A stretch of DNA of 19,259 nt, taken from NCBI GenBank assembly GCA_046538485.1, contig JBKHIT010000078.1, positions 1 through 19,259 of the forward strand, read 5' to 3'. Both the position numbers and the translations under genes were made by a program. Below, piece after piece: positions 16,551 to 19,259 of the stretch (within the stretch, counting starts at the first letter, position 1; every line of letters starts with the position of its first letter). Below the pieces are notes generated by a model. The model saw only the letters and a program-made list of their open reading frames with translations. It was not told the origin of the DNA and did no database searches. The stretch is from Candidatus Brocadiia bacterium. Lineage in GTDB: Bacteria; Planctomycetota; Brocadiia; SM23-32.

Positions 16551-19070
16551 ATGAAAATATTATCCGTGCTTTTAAGATGGTACAAGTCGTTTAATCTGAA
16601 CTACCGGCAATATACGGAACGTGTTACCGGCCAACAGGACCGGCCTTGGAATGAACTCAAACCGGAAGGTGTCAATTCCAGCCTGTATCCTTTCATTGAG
16701 ATTCCGCTGGAAGAAGACATAAACACAATAGTGGGCGGTAATGAGAGTGGGAAATCGCATCTGATCAATGCCGTAATGAAGGTGCTCACTGGCAAGGGAA
16801 CTGGTGAGGACGATGCTTACAGCCGGACTGATCTGTGTCACTATGCATCTCTGAGGACGAAGAATGCAGAACTTTGGCCGAATATTGGGTTACAGTTTGA
16901 GGCATCACCAGAAGAAATAGGCACGATCTTCCAATCAATAGAACAACCCACCCCTGCAACATTTGACGAAGCTGCAGGAACCCTGACCTTGATTCTCGCC
17001 CCTGACGGTAGCGGACGGAAGGCTGTCCTGTATGTGAACAGGGAGCAAAAACCGACGGCGCTTGACGATGAACAATTGGCCCTCGTGCGGGATCATCTAC
17101 CCGGTGTCCGGTTTATTGATTCGCAAGTTGCCATTGCTGATCAGTTATCGCTCAGTTCACTTATGGCTGCCTACTCCGAGGACGGTTTTGAGCCCGGAGA
17201 AACATACGAACAAGACGCCGCACAGCAGGCAGCAAGATGGATATCAGAATTCTGCTGGAAAAATGAGAATGCGAAGAGTCTGGACGATCAGCAGGCGGAG
17301 TGCCTGCTCCAGTTGCGTGAAACGCTTGAAGCAAAGAAAATCAGTGACAACGAGGCCGAAGGATTGGAGCGGCTTCTTTTTGAGGATGTTCTCGGTATCA
17401 AACTGGAGACGTTGAGGCATCTTGCGGGCCTGCGTGAACGAGACCGGGGATATATTGAAGGGCTTATAGCTACGTGGAACAATGAAATCGATAGTGCACT
17501 GAATCTGGCTCAGTATTGGCAGCAAGATCAGGATTTTACGCTACGGATTGATTATAAACAGGGCATTTTGTACTTTGAGATAACCGATAAAACGGGATCT
17601 GTTTACACGTTTCATGAGCGTAGCTCGGGGTTGCGCTACTTCCTGAGTTACTATATACAGGCGAAAGCTATAGCCGCCTCGCCCTGTAAACAGGGCAACA
17701 TTATCCTAATGGACGAACCGGACTCTTATCTGTCGATTCTCGGGCAACGCAATCTGCTCGCAATATTTGAATCACTTGTAAGCTATGGTGAGGAAGGCCC
17801 AGAAACACAGTTGATTTACACTACTCACTCACCTTTCTTGATCAACCGCAATTTCCCGCAACGACTCTGCCTCGTCCGCAAGGGAGATGCCGAGGAAGGC
17901 ACACAGTATGTCGATAGGTCTCGCATTCGTCGCTATGAGCCAGTGCGGTCGGCCTTGGGCGTAGAGTGTGCTCATACCCTTTTCATGGGAGCCACGAACG
18001 TTCTCTTGGAAGGCCCAACTGATCAATATCTGCTGGCAGAGCTGATCCGCTTTTTCATCACAAAGAAAACGGCCGGAGAATTCCTGGATTTGAACGATGT
18101 GGTGTTCGCGCCTGCAGACAGTGCCAGCGCTATTGAGAAGCTTATAGCAGCATCGCAGTGGGGGGATGAGCCTATACCGACTGCGGTCGTATTGGTTGAC
18201 GATGACGAAGCAGGACATGATGCCAGGAAACGAATCACGGGTGAAGCGGACAACAGCAAGAAATTGGTGGAGCGTGAATTCGTTTTACTAATATCAGAGG
18301 TACTTGACCAGGAGATCGATGGGCAGAAGGTGGTAACAAGTGAGGATATTGTGCCCCCGCGTTTATACGCAGAAGCGGTGAGAAGGTATCTGAGACAGTG
18401 GCATCCCGATGCGATGGAAGGGAGGGCGAACGAAATCAAAAAAGTCTTAGCGGATGATAACTTCGGGGCTGACGGACTTGTGGAAGATACTACAGGTTTT
18501 TTTAGAGACTTTGTTTTTGGCAGCGAGGAACGTGGTTACGATAAGCTCGGGGTACTGCAGGAGCTTATTAAAATGCTTCCCGAATTGTCTCCGCCTGAAG
18601 ATTGGAAGGAGCCTTTGGAGGACTTACAGGAACGTGTGCTCAAGGTCTGCCACTGCTTAAAACGGAAGATTGCTCGTAGTCGGCGAATCGAGCGACAACG
18701 TTCAGGAACAGACGCTGTCCGTCGGATCATTCGTGATTTCATGGGGCCGCGTCAGAAACAGGCCTCAGTCTTTGAACTGGAGGTCTACCTTCTGGAAAGA
18801 CTCCAGCGAGAGGCTGACCATATCGGGGAGGATGCTTTCGAACTGTCCAAGACATTGAGTCGACTTATTGACCGCACACGAAAATTGCGTGCTGCCAAGC
18901 AAGATCTGTTGAGTGGAGATGCGTGGAAAAAGTGGCGCGAACAAATCAGTTCCATAAGTAAGACACCTTTGAATCCAAAAATCATTCGTTTCGACGAGGA
19001 CGAGGAAGAGAGTGGGCAGCAGCAGGAATCGACCGAAGAAGAGACCAACGGTGGCGAGGAGGACCTATAG
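16551..19070 (+). CDS. OLD-family-like ATP-dependent nuclease (ABC ATPase + TOPRIM) with C-terminal extension
   Basis: Walker A IVGGNESGKS, signature ERSSGLRYF, Walker B ILMDEPD, H-loop YTTHSPF, TOPRIM VLLEGPTD (18009) and VLVDDDEAG (18198), later SEDIV. ATG 16551 after GAGAGG RBS. Confidence 0.82.
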   Translation: MKILSVLLRWYKSFNLNYRQYTERVTGQQDRPWNELKPEGVNSSLYPFIEIPLEEDINTIVGGNESGKSHLINAVMKVLTGKGTGEDDAYSRTDLCHYASLRTKNAELWPNIGLQFEASPEEIGTIFQSIEQPTPATFDEAAGTLTLILAPDGSGRKAVLYVNREQKPTALDDEQLALVRDHLPGVRFIDSQVAIADQLSLSSLMAAYSEDGFEPGETYEQDAAQQAARWISEFCWKNENAKSLDDQQAECLLQLRETLEAKKISDNEAEGLERLLFEDVLGIKLETLRHLAGLRERDRGYIEGLIATWNNEIDSALNLAQYWQQDQDFTLRIDYKQGILYFEITDKTGSVYTFHERSSGLRYFLSYYIQAKAIAASPCKQGNIILMDEPDSYLSILGQRNLLAIFESLVSYGEEGPETQLIYTTHSPFLINRNFPQRLCLVRKGDAEEGTQYVDRSRIRRYEPVRSALGVECAHTLFMGATNVLLEGPTDQYLLAELIRFFITKKTAGEFLDLNDVVFAPADSASAIEKLIAASQWGDEPIPTAVVLVDDDEAGHDARKRITGEADNSKKLVEREFVLLISEVLDQEIDGQKVVTSEDIVPPRLYAEAVRRYLRQWHPDAMEGRANEIKKVLADDNFGADGLVEDTTGFFRDFVFGSEERGYDKLGVLQELIKMLPELSPPEDWKEPLEDLQERVLKVCHCLKRKIARSRRIERQRSGTDAVRRIIRDFMGPRQKQASVFELEVYLLERLQREADHIGEDAFELSKTLSRLIDRTRKLRAAKQDLLSGDAWKKWREQISSISKTPLNPKIIRFDEDEEESGQQQESTEEETNGGEEDL

Positions 19071-19259
19071 CAAGTAGTTACTCAGAGGTGCATACCGGGG
19101 TCGGACCAAGCGAAGTTAGTTCTGGCACGGTTGTTATAACACAACCTCGCTATGTAACTATTCGGTAAAGTGCGTTGTCTTGCAACCAGCTTCCTGGCTT
19201 CGGGGGCCAATTTAAGCTGGACACATCGGGGGTCATTCGATTATATTATCCATCATGGG

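Noticed and set aside
19129..19159. ggttgttataacacaacc...tatgtaact resembling a dif/Xer site or operator
   Set aside because: The XerC-like and XerD-like half-sites are not separated by the required 6 bp. It remains only an imperfect palindrome of unknown meaning.
16551..19259. Calling the OLD-like gene Gabija (gajA)
   Set aside because: No UvrD-like gajB is visible and 189 bp of apparently non-coding DNA follow. A partner beyond the window edge cannot be excluded.

Overview
Bacterial DNA with every credible gene on the + strand, in two blocks. (1) 739-3989: a tungstate/molybdate uptake operon. It has a short ModE regulator (wHTH only) followed by an archaeal-type WtpABC transporter, and a sigma70-like promoter overlapped by a clear ModE box. 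(2) 5083-19070: an approximately 14 kb anti-phage defence island. It opens with a tightly coupled four-gene unit: PLD nuclease-SNF2-type helicase fusion, large N6-adenine methyltransferase with a low-GC target-recognition region, PD-(D/E)xK-like protein, and a short DprA/SLOG protein. A PHP-phosphoesterase/ABC-ATPase fusion (Ppl/TrlF-like) and an OLD-family ABC-ATPase/TOPRIM nuclease with a long C-terminal extension follow. The two large non-coding stretches (1-660 and 3990-4950) are dense mosaics of REP-like hairpins (GTAG/GGAG feet), about 90 bp and 107 bp direct repeats, an inverted four-unit palindrome cluster and heptamer tandem repeats. No rRNA, tRNA, CRISPR array, integrase or transposase was seen. 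All calls come from reading motifs by eye; no database searches were run.
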